Virus record (IMG/VR): IMGVR_UViG_3300023184_004198
Location: 124,001-188,000 of that record
Strand: one strand, 5' to 3'
Length of the DNA stretch: 64,000 nt
Part shown: positions 9,304-18,387 of the stretch, piece by piece
Position numbering within the stretch: position 1 is the first letter of the stretch
Layout: the number at the start of each line of letters is the position of its first letter
The notes under the pieces: model-generated
Told to the model about the DNA's origin: nothing
Databases searched by the model: none
Seen by the model: only the letters and a program-made list of their open reading frames with translations
Made by a program: the position numbers and the translations under genes

Positions 9304-10639
9304 ATTGTTCCAAGAAGTCAGTCCATTCTGGATAGTAGTCTCTGGCATCTAACTCGCAGTGGTGATCCCATTTGTTGAGCCAGCCAACCAGTTCTGTTTT
9401 GAGTGCTTCGGCATTGGGCAGTTCGGGCACTTGAATCATCTTGTACACACTGTTGAGTTCGTTGTACAGGTTAAGGGCATTCTTGCCATACTCTCTGCTT
9501 TGTGGCATGTCTGGATGTTGGTCTTGTTTGATATATGTACTCAATTTGTCAAGCACACGCTCGTATTCGGCAAAATAACTTTGTCTAATGTCCAAGGGCA
9601 ATGCGGCCGCCCGCAAATACGCAGGATTCCAGCAGGTGTTGTTTTCTGTGATGATGTTGCTGTCAAACATCCACTCCGTGAGTGCAGGAAATGTGGGCAC
9701 AGTGAGTGCAGTGATGGTGGGCTTCAAACACACGCAGAATGTTTCACTTTGATGCGACAAGAATGAACGGATGTTGTTCCAGTACAGTTCTTTGTCCAGA
9801 CCCTGGCGAATGTAAAAATTGTTATCTGACACAGACTCAATGCTGATGTCAATGTCTGCTCGGAAGAATCGAGCAAACTTTTCAGCAATCTCTCGACTGT
9901 ATATGGTGCCGTTGGAGATCAAACTCACAGCAAAGTCAGTGCGATCATGCTCAATAAAGAAATCCAAGAACTGTTCCAGTCTGGGACTCATAAAAGGCTC
10001 GCCGCCCATGAAGTGAACACTGCGCAGGTTCTTCATGCCCAGCAGTTCGTTCAGGAACCGTTGCCAAACTTCTTCATCATCCATCCAGTTCATTCTGGTA
10101 TGGTAGTCTTCTTTGCTGAGTATGCCCCAGATTTTGTATTTGGTTGCAATCTGTGTGCTGTAACTGGGGTTGCAATGTTTACAGTATAGGTTACATTCAT
10201 TGCCCATGTCAATATGCAGGTCCACAGGCATGCCATCGTAGTGCTCGTCCACGGCTTGACCAGATTGTTCACTGGTGAAAATATCATGGTGTGGGCTTTG
10301 TTCAAAACTTTGTTGAAAGTTTTGTTGGGTAAAGATAACACTGCGCCAATTGTGAGTGTTGCGATAACTGTCATTGCCATACTGTTCGTCTTGATAGCAG
10401 CCGGCACATTCAGCCAAAGGTTGGTCGCCCAGCATGGCAGCACGATAACGTTTCATTTTTTCACTGCGATACCACTCACGGATTGACGTGGTTTTGATAT
10501 TGGCTTTTACTTGTTCGGGTTGTTTGGCATAGCCATCGAACACAGGTGCTCGTTCACTGCAACACAGACCATAACTGCCGTCGTGGTAAAGTTGCATGTG
10601 GAACCAAGGCACATTACAGAATATTTTGGGATTTGGCAT
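9278..10639 (-). CDS. Radical SAM protein with N-terminal SPASM/Twitch-like domain
   Basis: CNLYCKHC, FMGGEP; N-terminal C..PW..CC..C..C; late hexamer 6 nt upstream. Confidence 0.9.
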   Translation of the reverse strand: MPNPKIFCNVPWFHMQLYHDGSYGLCCSERAPVFDGYAKQPEQVKANIKTTSIREWYRSEKMKRYRAAMLGDQPLAECAGCYQDEQYGNDSYRNTHNWRSVIFTQQNFQQSFEQSPHHDIFTSEQSGQAVDEHYDGMPVDLHIDMGNECNLYCKHCNPSYSTQIATKYKIWGILSKEDYHTRMNWMDDEEVWQRFLNELLGMKNLRSVHFMGGEPFMSPRLEQFLDFFIEHDRTDFAVSLISNGTIYSREIAEKFARFFRADIDISIESVSDNNFYIRQGLDKELYWNNIRSFLSHQSETFCVCLKPTITALTVPTFPALTEWMFDSNIITENNTCWNPAYLRAAALPLDIRQSYFAEYERVLDKLSTYIKQDQHPDMPQSREYGKNALNLYNELNSVYKMIQVPELPNAEALKTELVGWLNKWDHHCELDARDYYPEWTDFLEQYGYKKISN

Positions 10640-10676
10640 TGAAAATATTTAGTGTGCCCTGGATGAGTGTGTTATT

Positions 10677-10859
10677 TCACACAATGCTTTGGCGATGTTG
10701 ATCGTAATGATACTGACGTTCCCAATGTTCCACATCAGCGGCGCTTTGTGGGTTGCGGTTGGCAATGTACTGTTCCAGTCTGCTTTGATAGTCAGACCCT
10801 GGGAACATTTCCGCCAAGCGCTCTATTAGCCCTAGCATAAAATCTGATAAAATCTTCAT
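10677..10859 (-). CDS. Small hypothetical protein (DUF3563-like)
   Basis: LEQYIANRNPQSAADVEHWERQY pattern. Confidence 0.55.
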   Translation of the reverse strand: MKILSDFMLGLIERLAEMFPGSDYQSRLEQYIANRNPQSAADVEHWERQYHYDQHRQSIV

Positions 10860-11002
10860 TGTGTATTTTCCTCTGTATTTGCACTGATATTTATCTCTCA
10901 TGGTTTCTACTGAGTAATACTGAAGTGTTACACACTACCCACTTGACCGATAATTCACCAAATGTTATAATTGTGGCATACAAACAAACAAAGGAGTATT
11001 GT

Positions 11003-11227
11003 ATGAAGAATCTAAAAGTCAAAGCACTGGCCTTGTTGGCTGGTTGGATGGCCGCAGTGTTTGCAGGCGTAGCAGTGGTTCAATTGCTGGCGCACCAGTT
11101 TGGCAGTGAAATTGTAATGAACATGATTACAGGTGGCATCATGGCATGGTTGTTGTACATGGTGTATACTTTAATTTTAGCCAAATTGGAATGGGACTCC
11201 AAGGTTGATGAACTCAACAAAAAGTAA
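11003..11227 (+). CDS. Small two-TM membrane protein
   Basis: Early promoter near 10943, AAGGAG RBS, two hydrophobic segments. Confidence 0.7.
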   Translation: MKNLKVKALALLAGWMAAVFAGVAVVQLLAHQFGSEIVMNMITGGIMAWLLYMVYTLILAKLEWDSKVDELNKK

Positions 11228-11311
11228 TACTTGAGTATTACTAATTTGGTGGTTGACCAATAATTGCCAAAATGCTATAATATGGACATATTGTAACAAA
11301 AGGAGTTCGAA
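11223..11311 (+). repeat. Stem-loop + early promoter + RBS cassette, copy 1
   Basis: AGTAATAC-ttga-GTATTACT, then GTTGACCAATAATTGCCAAAATGCTATAATATGGACATATTGTAACAAAAGGAG. Confidence 0.9.
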
Positions 11312-11581
11312 ATGCGTAAACAGCGACTGATCCAAGGCTTGAACAACAGCCAAAAAATTCGTTTCATTGTTGACGGTGTTGGCATGTACTGTCGCATTTC
11401 GGACGTGGAAAATTTTGCTACTTACTCTGCCCAGCAGGCGGTGATCACAGCCCTGCAAAATCTGCAGGCTCAACGTGAACTGGCGTTTACCATGTGCAAG
11501 TCACAACCCACTGGCTGGGGCACCAACAGCATTTTTGCCGGCCGGCAACACAATGTTCAAGTTGATTTGCTCAAGGGCTAA
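11312..11581 (+). CDS. Hypothetical early protein
   Basis: Directly downstream of the cassette RBS. Confidence 0.75.
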   Translation: MRKQRLIQGLNNSQKIRFIVDGVGMYCRISDVENFATYSAQQAVITALQNLQAQRELAFTMCKSQPTGWGTNSIFAGRQHNVQVDLLKG

Positions 11582-11582
11582 T

Positions 11583-11753
11583 ATGAATTACAAAATCAAA
11601 CTCCAGCCACATCAAATTTGGCAACCTGAGAAACTGTACACTGTGCCCACTCTGGGCGTTCAGGTACAAGTTACCAACACCCCACAACTTGAACCCGAAC
11701 TCATGGACCTCTCCGAGGCTCGTGCAGTGTTAAAAAGGATCATGGCGCTATGA
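11583..11753 (+). CDS. Small hypothetical protein
   Basis: ATG 11583 in a tightly packed operon. Confidence 0.55.
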   Translation: MNYKIKLQPHQIWQPEKLYTVPTLGVQVQVTNTPQLEPELMDLSEARAVLKRIMAL

Positions 11754-12028
11754 TGCAAGATTTTTACTTTGAAAAGACTCGTGACAGTGTAGATGATGAC
11801 TGGCCTGAAAGTTTTTCTTCAGACGACCTTGCCAAAGCATTGAATGTGGACCGGGTAAGTTATAGGATCTACTATAGCAAGGACAATCTTACTTGCCGAC
11901 TGTTTGTGTTTCGTGCTCACTGTACACCTGCTGAAATGGACACAATGTTAGATATGGGCTTTGTGTTTGCACAAGATAATGATACAGAAAATATCCCTGA
12001 TAAACCTGTAGAGGAAATTGAAGAATGA
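11750..12028 (+). CDS. Acidic hypothetical protein
   Basis: ATGA overlaps at both ends. Confidence 0.65.
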   Translation: MMQDFYFEKTRDSVDDDWPESFSSDDLAKALNVDRVSYRIYYSKDNLTCRLFVFRAHCTPAEMDTMLDMGFVFAQDNDTENIPDKPVEEIEE

Positions 12029-12375
12029 AATGGTTTGCTGAAACTACAGAATGGGCTGGTGCCACAGCACCCAACCATGTGTACTTGTTAGACGACTCAA
12101 AGAGCAAGATGTTTGCCTATGTGAAGTTTGGCACGGGACTGCCTGAAAAATTCAGCAAACCCATTCGCATTGACATTCGTGGACGCAAGTTCAAATTGAA
12201 CCCTGTGCAGTTCAAAGTTGACGTTGAGGCCGAAGTACCAGAAGGACGTGTGATTGAGGTGCAAGGCAGCAAAGGCGACATTTATCGAGTAACCGAACTT
12301 GGCGGCAACTACTCATGCACTTGCTCGGGATTCAAGTTCCGCGGTGACTGCAAACACATCAAAGGCGTGCAATGA
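12025..12375 (+). CDS. SWIM zinc-finger protein
   Basis: C-terminal YSCTCSGFKFRGDCKH (CxC..CxH). Confidence 0.8.
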   Translation: MKWFAETTEWAGATAPNHVYLLDDSKSKMFAYVKFGTGLPEKFSKPIRIDIRGRKFKLNPVQFKVDVEAEVPEGRVIEVQGSKGDIYRVTELGGNYSCTCSGFKFRGDCKHIKGVQ

Positions 12376-12713
12376 TTGATTGGCGAAACCGAGACCTGCG
12401 TGACATAGGCATGGAACTGAGCTTGGAAACGCAACAAAGCATTGAGAGTTATTTGCTACGTGGTTGGGCTCCGGGCGGCTATGTTGAGAGCATGTTGGCA
12501 CACGACTACGAACGTGCGTTTGCCTGTGCTGATGTTGCCAACCGACAGACCATTTGGGTGCTATGGCGTTGGCTCAGAGACGATGCACCCCCACTGTGTC
12601 ATGGCAGTTATCAGGATATTGACCTGTGGCGTGATGACGTTGGTGGCCGCAGAACCGATTATGCCCGAAAGGTAGAACAAGCGGCAATTTGGCAAAAGTT
12701 GAGCACTGTATAA
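12372..12713 (+). CDS. Hypothetical protein
   Basis: Coupled ORF, 113 aa. Confidence 0.7.
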   Translation: MIDWRNRDLRDIGMELSLETQQSIESYLLRGWAPGGYVESMLAHDYERAFACADVANRQTIWVLWRWLRDDAPPLCHGSYQDIDLWRDDVGGRRTDYARKVEQAAIWQKLSTV

Positions 12714-12716
12714 CAA

Positions 12717-12745
12717 GAAAGCCCCTTGCGGGGCTTTCATTTTTT
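12717..12745. terminator. Bidirectional intrinsic terminator between convergent genes
   Basis: GAAAGCCCC-ttgc-GGGGCTTTC with flanking A/T runs. Confidence 0.85.
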
Positions 12746-12971
12746 ACGCCTGGTCTACAAACTTTTTAAGTTCTTCGGCCTTGGCCACAATGTCCGTACT
12801 GGACGGAAAATCGGGCAAGGTTGGGAACGGATACAATTCGCGATTGGCTTCGGTCAACTTGGAATGGTATTCGTCTGTGAGTGCTTGGCGCTTTTGAAAG
12901 ACGGGTGTAACAAGAATCTCGTTAGCCATCTTGAGTAGTTCGAGACGGATCTCGTAAGGTGTTTTGCTCAT
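12744..12971 (-). CDS. Conserved phage small protein (MSKTPYEIRLELLKMA...)
   Basis: AAGGAG RBS; late hexamer at 13030-13035. Confidence 0.75.
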   Translation of the reverse strand: MSKTPYEIRLELLKMANEILVTPVFQKRQALTDEYHSKLTEANRELYPFPTLPDFPSSTDIVAKAEELKKFVDQA

Positions 12972-13063
12972 ATTTTTCTCCTTTGTGTGTATGTGTGTTA
13001 AACACGAGCCGTGATTTGCATCACGCAAATATTTAGTTCGGCAAAACTGATCCCCAAAATATC

Positions 13064-13092
13064 TTGCATTGCTCTGCAACATCACTTATACT
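13064..13092 (+). promoter_or_regulatory. Sigma70 promoter TTGCAT-17-TATACT containing TGC repeats
   Basis: TTGCATTGCTCTGCAACA overlaps the -35, same layout as at 2863. Confidence 0.6.
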
Positions 13093-13136
13093 AGTGGAAT
13101 GCTGTATGTGACAGCTATTTTTTAAAGGAACTTTTT

Positions 13137-13403
13137 ATGACTATCAATCCAGGAACTAAAACCTACAAGTTGTTCTCCGCTCTCAGCAACGGCGAACGTG
13201 TCAGCGCCAGCCAGGCCGCCAAACGTTTTGGCATCAAGAACATCTCTGCTGAGGTGAGCCGTATTCGTCACAGCGGATTCGCAGTGTACGCAAACACACG
13301 CAAGGCCGGCAATGGCGTGCAAGTGACCGAGTACCGCATTGGTACACCAAGCCGCAAGTTGGTTGCCGCTGGTTACAAAGCCATGGCACTTGGTTTGGTC
13401 TAA
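13137..13403 (+). CDS. Small basic HTH-like DNA-binding protein
   Basis: SASQAAKRFGIKNISAEVSRIR helix-turn-helix-like segment. Confidence 0.65.
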   Translation: MTINPGTKTYKLFSALSNGERVSASQAAKRFGIKNISAEVSRIRHSGFAVYANTRKAGNGVQVTEYRIGTPSRKLVAAGYKAMALGLV

Positions 13404-13442
13404 ACCAACTCGCTGTCCAATTCACAGTGGACACACATGAAC

Positions 13443-13470
13443 AAAACCCTGCAACCGGCAGGGTTTTTTC
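13443..13470 (+). terminator. Intrinsic terminator
   Basis: AAAACCCTGC-aaccg-GCAGGGTTTTTT. Confidence 0.85.
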
Positions 13471-13505
13471 TTGACCGTTTATTCAACATAGTGTATAATA
13501 ACGCT

Positions 13506-13964
13506 ATGATTAAAGAACTCTTTGAACGTTGGGGCAGGCACCGTGTTATCATGGACAGGGTAAATGGCGAACCTTATTTGGAACGCTACTACGTGTTCTT
13601 GAAAGACCGCAAACGTTTTCCCTTCAACATCTTTGTGCATAAATTTCTCAAGTCAGATCCCGACGATGTGCATGACCATCCCTGGCCCTATGCCACATTG
13701 ATTCTCAAAGGTGGCTACTATGAATGGACACCACAGTTTGATGCACAAGGTAATAAAATTGGTGAGATAGCCAAATGGTGTAAACCAGGCAGTTTTAGAT
13801 TTGCTGGTGCCCGAACATATCATAGAATTGAATTGGATCCTGAGGTGGAATGTTGGACCTTGTTCATGCCTGGTGTCAAACAACGTGACTGGGGTTTTCT
13901 TGTTAAAAATAAATGGGTGCAGTGGCAAGAATACTTGGCACAACGCAAGAGTCAACAAAACTGA
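13506..13964 (+). CDS. Cupin-fold protein
   Basis: HDHPW..ILKGGYYE and YHRIEL cupin motifs; ATG 6 nt after TATAAT. Confidence 0.8.
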   Translation: MIKELFERWGRHRVIMDRVNGEPYLERYYVFLKDRKRFPFNIFVHKFLKSDPDDVHDHPWPYATLILKGGYYEWTPQFDAQGNKIGEIAKWCKPGSFRFAGARTYHRIELDPEVECWTLFMPGVKQRDWGFLVKNKWVQWQEYLAQRKSQQN

Positions 13965-13974
13965 AAGTAAATAA

Positions 13975-14382
13975 ATGGAAGACTTAGGAACTTTTTTCAT
14001 GGAATTTGTCAATTTTTTGATTTACTTTGGACTTGCATACTTTGTGATTAGTATAGCATTTGGCCTGCTGGAGGCATGGCTGATGCACAGGCTTTCTCAA
14101 GGGCTTGGCGAAGAGTTAAATTCAGTGGGCCAGGCTCTGGATGAAGAACGACTGATTGCACTCACCGTGGAAGTTGATAACGATCAGTATTTTTGTTACA
14201 ACAGTATCACAAAAGATTTTGTGTGTCAAGGGCGGGACTTGAAAGAAATCCGAGAACGATTTCGTGCCAGATACCCCGACAAAGATGCAGCCATATATGA
14301 TGGCGACAAATCGGCAGTGGCCATATTAAAATCACAGTTAAAAGATTTGAAAGCAAAAAATGAAAATAGCATTAGTGTCTGA
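13975..14382 (+). CDS. Membrane-anchored hypothetical protein
   Basis: N-terminal TM segment. Confidence 0.7.
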   Translation: MEDLGTFFMEFVNFLIYFGLAYFVISIAFGLLEAWLMHRLSQGLGEELNSVGQALDEERLIALTVEVDNDQYFCYNSITKDFVCQGRDLKEIRERFRARYPDKDAAIYDGDKSAVAILKSQLKDLKAKNENSISV

Positions 14383-15193
14383 CGTACACTTGGAATTTGG
14401 CGATTTAGACTTTGACAACGACAGCGGTGCCGATGTTTTAATCCTGAGCGGCGACATCTGCATTGCCTCAGACATTGTTCAACGTGATCCTTACAACACC
14501 ATGGGTGAGGAATACCGTAGCAACCGTTTTCATGCGTTCTTCCAACGATGCTGTGCTCGTTTCCCACATGTGATTTTCATTGTGGGCAATCACGAACACT
14601 ATCATGGCGACTTTGCCAAAACCATTCCACACTTTCGAGATGTGTTGGGTTATTTGAAGAATTTGCACATTCTGGAAAAAGAAACCGTTGTGCTGGATGA
14701 CATCACATTTATCGGTGGCACATTATGGACTGACATGAACCGGCGCGACACACGCACCTTGCATGAGATTTCACGAATGATGAACGATTTCCGGTGTGTC
14801 AGCAACAGTGCCAGATTGGATGATCATCGTGGATGGGCTGACCGTTTTACCACCACAGACGCCGCCGATGATCATGCGGCTATGGTGGCATTTATTGACC
14901 AAACCATTGCTGCCAATCCCTCTGGACGCTATGTTGTGGTGGGGCATCATGCACCCAGCAGGCTCAGCACTCATCCAAGATACCAACATCAACATATCAT
15001 GAATGGTGGCTACAGTAGTGAGCTGGATGACTTTATTCAGGACCGTCCACAGATCAAACTTTGGACACACGGCCACACACATGAAGATTTTGACTATATG
15101 ATTGCTGGTTGCCGAATCCTGTGCAACCCAAGAGGCTATGTTAACTATGAAGAAAGGGCAGATCAATGGCGACTGAAAACAGTAGAAGTATAA
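14360..15193 (+). CDS. Calcineurin-like metallophosphoesterase
   Basis: SDVHLE, GDI, GNHE, GHHAP, HGHTH. Confidence 0.92.
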   Translation: MKIALVSDVHLEFGDLDFDNDSGADVLILSGDICIASDIVQRDPYNTMGEEYRSNRFHAFFQRCCARFPHVIFIVGNHEHYHGDFAKTIPHFRDVLGYLKNLHILEKETVVLDDITFIGGTLWTDMNRRDTRTLHEISRMMNDFRCVSNSARLDDHRGWADRFTTTDAADDHAAMVAFIDQTIAANPSGRYVVVGHHAPSRLSTHPRYQHQHIMNGGYSSELDDFIQDRPQIKLWTHGHTHEDFDYMIAGCRILCNPRGYVNYEERADQWRLKTVEV

Positions 15194-15358
15194 AAAACTG
15201 GTTGCGTTATTCGGGATTTAGTGTTATACTAGTAGGAAATCCTTGTCATTGGAGTCTACTGCCCTGGTGGCGACGAGAAGCCAATGACGGATGGCCCAGT
15301 CCCAACGAACGCACTTGGAGTGTGGGTTGGATTTTTTTAACTGTAAGAATATGGATCG

Positions 15359-15568
15359 ATGATGGAAGCTGGTAAAACAAAAACTCGTTTTGACATGGAA
15401 CAAGAAATCATGCAGGCCTGGCAAGTGCTGGATGATATCAAGATGTTGAGTGCTCGTGAGGGCACTGACAAGGAAGACTGGGACGCAGTGTATCGACTGT
15501 ACCAAATTCGTTTTGAAACCTTGTTTGAAACATTTGAACAACTGATCAAAGCAGGCACCATACTGTGA
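15359..15568 (+). CDS. Hypothetical protein
   Basis: 69 aa, operonic. Confidence 0.6.
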   Translation: MMEAGKTKTRFDMEQEIMQAWQVLDDIKMLSAREGTDKEDWDAVYRLYQIRFETLFETFEQLIKAGTIL

Positions 15569-15762
15569 TGCGCAGAATGAACCTGACCCGCCATCAGTGG
15601 GAACAGGTAAGTGTGTGGTTGGCCTTGAATCAACAGGTAAACGAAGTGGAAATTGTGGAATCAAAGACCACAGGCATTGGACTGGATCACACTGCCAAGT
15701 TTTTTTACAAAGAACACATACTGTTGAGTGAGATGGACATAACTGATGTATCAAACTGGTAA
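15565..15762 (+). CDS. Hypothetical protein
   Basis: 65 aa, operonic. Confidence 0.6.
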   Translation: MMRRMNLTRHQWEQVSVWLALNQQVNEVEIVESKTTGIGLDHTAKFFYKEHILLSEMDITDVSNW

Positions 15763-15764
15763 AT

Positions 15765-16319
15765 GTGATGTTTACGGAATCTATTGCAACTGATCGATTT
15801 GTTTTGAGAGTGCCAAGATCCACAGATGGTGTGGCAGTACATAATGCTGTGGTAGAAGTGATTGAGCAACTTCGTGCCTGGCCTGGATCATGGCCTTGGG
15901 CTGGACAAGAGCAAAGTGTAGCAGTTTCCACAGCACATTGTGAACAAGCACGTGATCGTTTTGAGCGTCAACAAAAATGGAACTTGTTTGTACATGATCG
16001 AGACACCGAGTCGGTGGTTGGCAATGTAGAGTTTCATACCATACATGCACAGTCGAACATGTGGGAACTGGGGGTGTGGACAAGGCCTTCTTGGCAACAC
16101 CGTGGAGTGATGGGCGAGGCGTTGACGGCTGTGTTGTCATGGATGAGATCAAACAATCCTGACATTGAAATAGTTATAAAAATTGATGCCGCCAATACTG
16201 TGAGTTGGAAGTTGGCAGAAAAAGTAGGATTTAAATCAGTTGGCGTTTATCAAATTGACGGATTTACAATTAAAATGTATTCCAGCAACCCACAGGGAGT
16301 TGATCATGTGGGCCCGTGA
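15765..16319 (+). CDS. GNAT acetyltransferase, RimJ/RimL family
   Basis: TDRFVLR, ELGVW..WQHRGVM, NTVSWKLAEKVGF. Confidence 0.85.
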   Translation: MMFTESIATDRFVLRVPRSTDGVAVHNAVVEVIEQLRAWPGSWPWAGQEQSVAVSTAHCEQARDRFERQQKWNLFVHDRDTESVVGNVEFHTIHAQSNMWELGVWTRPSWQHRGVMGEALTAVLSWMRSNNPDIEIVIKIDAANTVSWKLAEKVGFKSVGVYQIDGFTIKMYSSNPQGVDHVGP

Positions 16320-16518
16320 ACAAAGTGTGCGTTATCTCCGGCAGTATATCCATGCTAGAAATGAAACACCTTGGGTGACAAGGATGTGCCCTGATATTGA
16401 AGATCGTGCTAGATGTGCATTGCAATATCTAGGCGGCATGGCAGGAGATTGGTACGGCCAACGGAGCGACTGCACCTACTACTATCCACAAAGGAATGCT
16501 AATGAACGAAAAGTTTAA
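16306..16518 (+). CDS. Hypothetical protein
   Basis: ATG 16306 after GGAG, coupled. Confidence 0.5.
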   Translation: MWAREQSVRYLRQYIHARNETPWVTRMCPDIEDRARCALQYLGGMAGDWYGQRSDCTYYYPQRNANERKV

Positions 16519-16720
16519 ACTGTTGGCTCTAGAGGCCAAGATGGGCACTGCTGACTTTGATGCAGGGTCGTACTATGTGGCCACACCAGACCGCATGCAA
16601 CTGTTTGCCGAGTTGATTGTGCGGAAATGTATGGATGTTTTGGATCCAGGCGAACATCAATTGATAGCACGTTTTCAAGCAAGACAATGGCTGGCAGAAC
16701 ATTTCGGAGTTGAAGAATGA
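16496..16720 (+). CDS. Hypothetical phage protein
   Basis: FAELIVRKC...EHFGVEE pattern typical of small phage proteins. Confidence 0.65.
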   Translation: MLMNEKFKLLALEAKMGTADFDAGSYYVATPDRMQLFAELIVRKCMDVLDPGEHQLIARFQARQWLAEHFGVEE

Positions 16721-17442
16721 AAATTTACATCAGCGGATATCGAGATCATTGGATCTCACCTTACACCATGTTGGACTATGTGTTCTTCTGGACTGACTGG
16801 TCCAAGTGTGCTCGTTGGACTGTGGAACAATCACTTGAAGATCATCGCAGAGAAAAATCTCAGTTTGTGGAACGTCCAGACTGGTGTGAAAAGTGGAGTG
16901 ACCGACTCACACCCATCAGCCGGGCCATCATGTGGGTGCTGGATCGTGTGCATCCAGAGATCAGGTATATCAAGATTGACCGCTATGATACCTGGAGCAT
17001 GGATCAGACCCTCAGTCCCATCATCCTGCCCATGCTGAAACAACTGAAAGAAACCAAACACGGTAGTCCATTTGTGGACGATGAGGATGTGCCCGAAGAA
17101 CTCAAGTCAACCTCTGCACCAGCCAAAGAAAACGAGTGGGACACAGATGCCAACCACTTTGCACGTTGGGACTGGGTCATGGATGAAATGATCTTTGCAT
17201 TTGAGTGCAAGGTAGATGACTCCTGGCAAGATGCTTTCCGCGAAGGTGAACATGATATCTTGTGGGTGCCAGTGGACCGGGAAGGCAACGAAGTCGCCAA
17301 AGGTGAGCACAAGTACTACCAAATGAAGGATGGACCAAACAACACATACAAGTGCGATTACGAAGGCATGAAGGTGGTAGAAACACGCATCCAAAACGGC
17401 TTCCGCTTGTTTGGCAAATACTATCAAGGTCTCTGGGACTGA
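16717..17442 (+). CDS. Conserved hypothetical phage protein
   Basis: DTWSMDQTL...WDWVMDEMIFAF...LFGKYYQGLWD. Confidence 0.8.
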   Translation: MKIYISGYRDHWISPYTMLDYVFFWTDWSKCARWTVEQSLEDHRREKSQFVERPDWCEKWSDRLTPISRAIMWVLDRVHPEIRYIKIDRYDTWSMDQTLSPIILPMLKQLKETKHGSPFVDDEDVPEELKSTSAPAKENEWDTDANHFARWDWVMDEMIFAFECKVDDSWQDAFREGEHDILWVPVDREGNEVAKGEHKYYQMKDGPNNTYKCDYEGMKVVETRIQNGFRLFGKYYQGLWD

Positions 17443-17717
17443 TGTTTGGTAGCAACTACAACGATCACAGGGCCAGCCTGGGATACTCAGTTAGAAGTAT
17501 GGAAGAAGCGGACCGCGCATTTTATAGCCGTGCTCGGTGGTCAATGAAATTTGCTATATTGCCGCACAGGTGTGACGTAACTAAAAAAATCATTTGGTTA
17601 GAATATGCTTATTGTGGTGTTGCTATATGGACCGGACCCGGGGACGATGCGGTAGAAGTTCGTTGGCATGATCGCCATGAACATTTGATTTACACACTAA
17701 AAGGTCCTTATGGGTGA
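17442..17717 (+). CDS. Hypothetical protein
   Basis: TGATG overlap with the upstream gene. Confidence 0.6.
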   Translation: MFGSNYNDHRASLGYSVRSMEEADRAFYSRARWSMKFAILPHRCDVTKKIIWLEYAYCGVAIWTGPGDDAVEVRWHDRHEHLIYTLKGPYG

Positions 17718-17964
17718 TTCAGTATTTGAAAACATGACAGCGGGCTTGATGGCCATTGACAACAAAGTCAACCGTGCATACAGCATTACTGAAGCAGAAT
17801 ATAGTGAGTGGAAGCGAGCATTTACATTTGAAGGTATCAAAGGATTAAGATACGGACAGAGTTTTTGCAATCATTTTGGATTGACAGACTATGTGCTGTT
17901 TTACAAAGTGGATTGGGCCAGTGCTGACCAACACATTAGGGCGGTGTATCTTGCGAAACCCTGA
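17710..17964 (+). CDS. Hypothetical protein
   Basis: 84 aa, coupled. Confidence 0.6.
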   Translation: MGDSVFENMTAGLMAIDNKVNRAYSITEAEYSEWKRAFTFEGIKGLRYGQSFCNHFGLTDYVLFYKVDWASADQHIRAVYLAKP

Positions 17965-17977
17965 ATATTCACATGGC

Positions 17978-18181
17978 ATGACCTTGGACTGGAACGATTC
18001 CTACAATGAAATGTTGCGATGGAATGAAATGATGGCCAATGTAGTACAAGTGTTTGGCCTGCCCGGCGACAGATACATCACAGACGTCAATGTCAACGAC
18101 ATGACCTTTTGGTTCCGCGATCTGCACGATGCACTGCTGTTTAAACTAAGCCATGGACACAGTAGACTACATCCGGCTTAA
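17978..18181 (+). CDS. Hypothetical protein
   Basis: Ends in a D-A-x-x-F-K-L motif shared with neighbouring small ORFs. Confidence 0.6.
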   Translation: MTLDWNDSYNEMLRWNEMMANVVQVFGLPGDRYITDVNVNDMTFWFRDLHDALLFKLSHGHSRLHPA

Positions 18182-18380
18182 TTGCGATGCGCAACGGGCC
18201 TTGGCATACAAGCATCAGTTGGATCTGGACGGACTCATTGTGAACCAAGACTATGAGTGGCGCTATCAAAAACCCGTGTACGATGAATTTGCTTGGACCG
18301 ACTCAGAAGTCAGCAATGTGACTTTTACGTTTCGTAATCCTGCTCTGGCCACATTTTATCAACTCAAATGGGCTCGGTAA
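18153..18380 (+). CDS. Hypothetical protein
   Basis: Ends ATFYQLKW, same small-protein type. Confidence 0.6.
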   Translation: MDTVDYIRLNCDAQRALAYKHQLDLDGLIVNQDYEWRYQKPVYDEFAWTDSEVSNVTFTFRNPALATFYQLKWAR

Positions 18381-18387
18381 ATATCCT

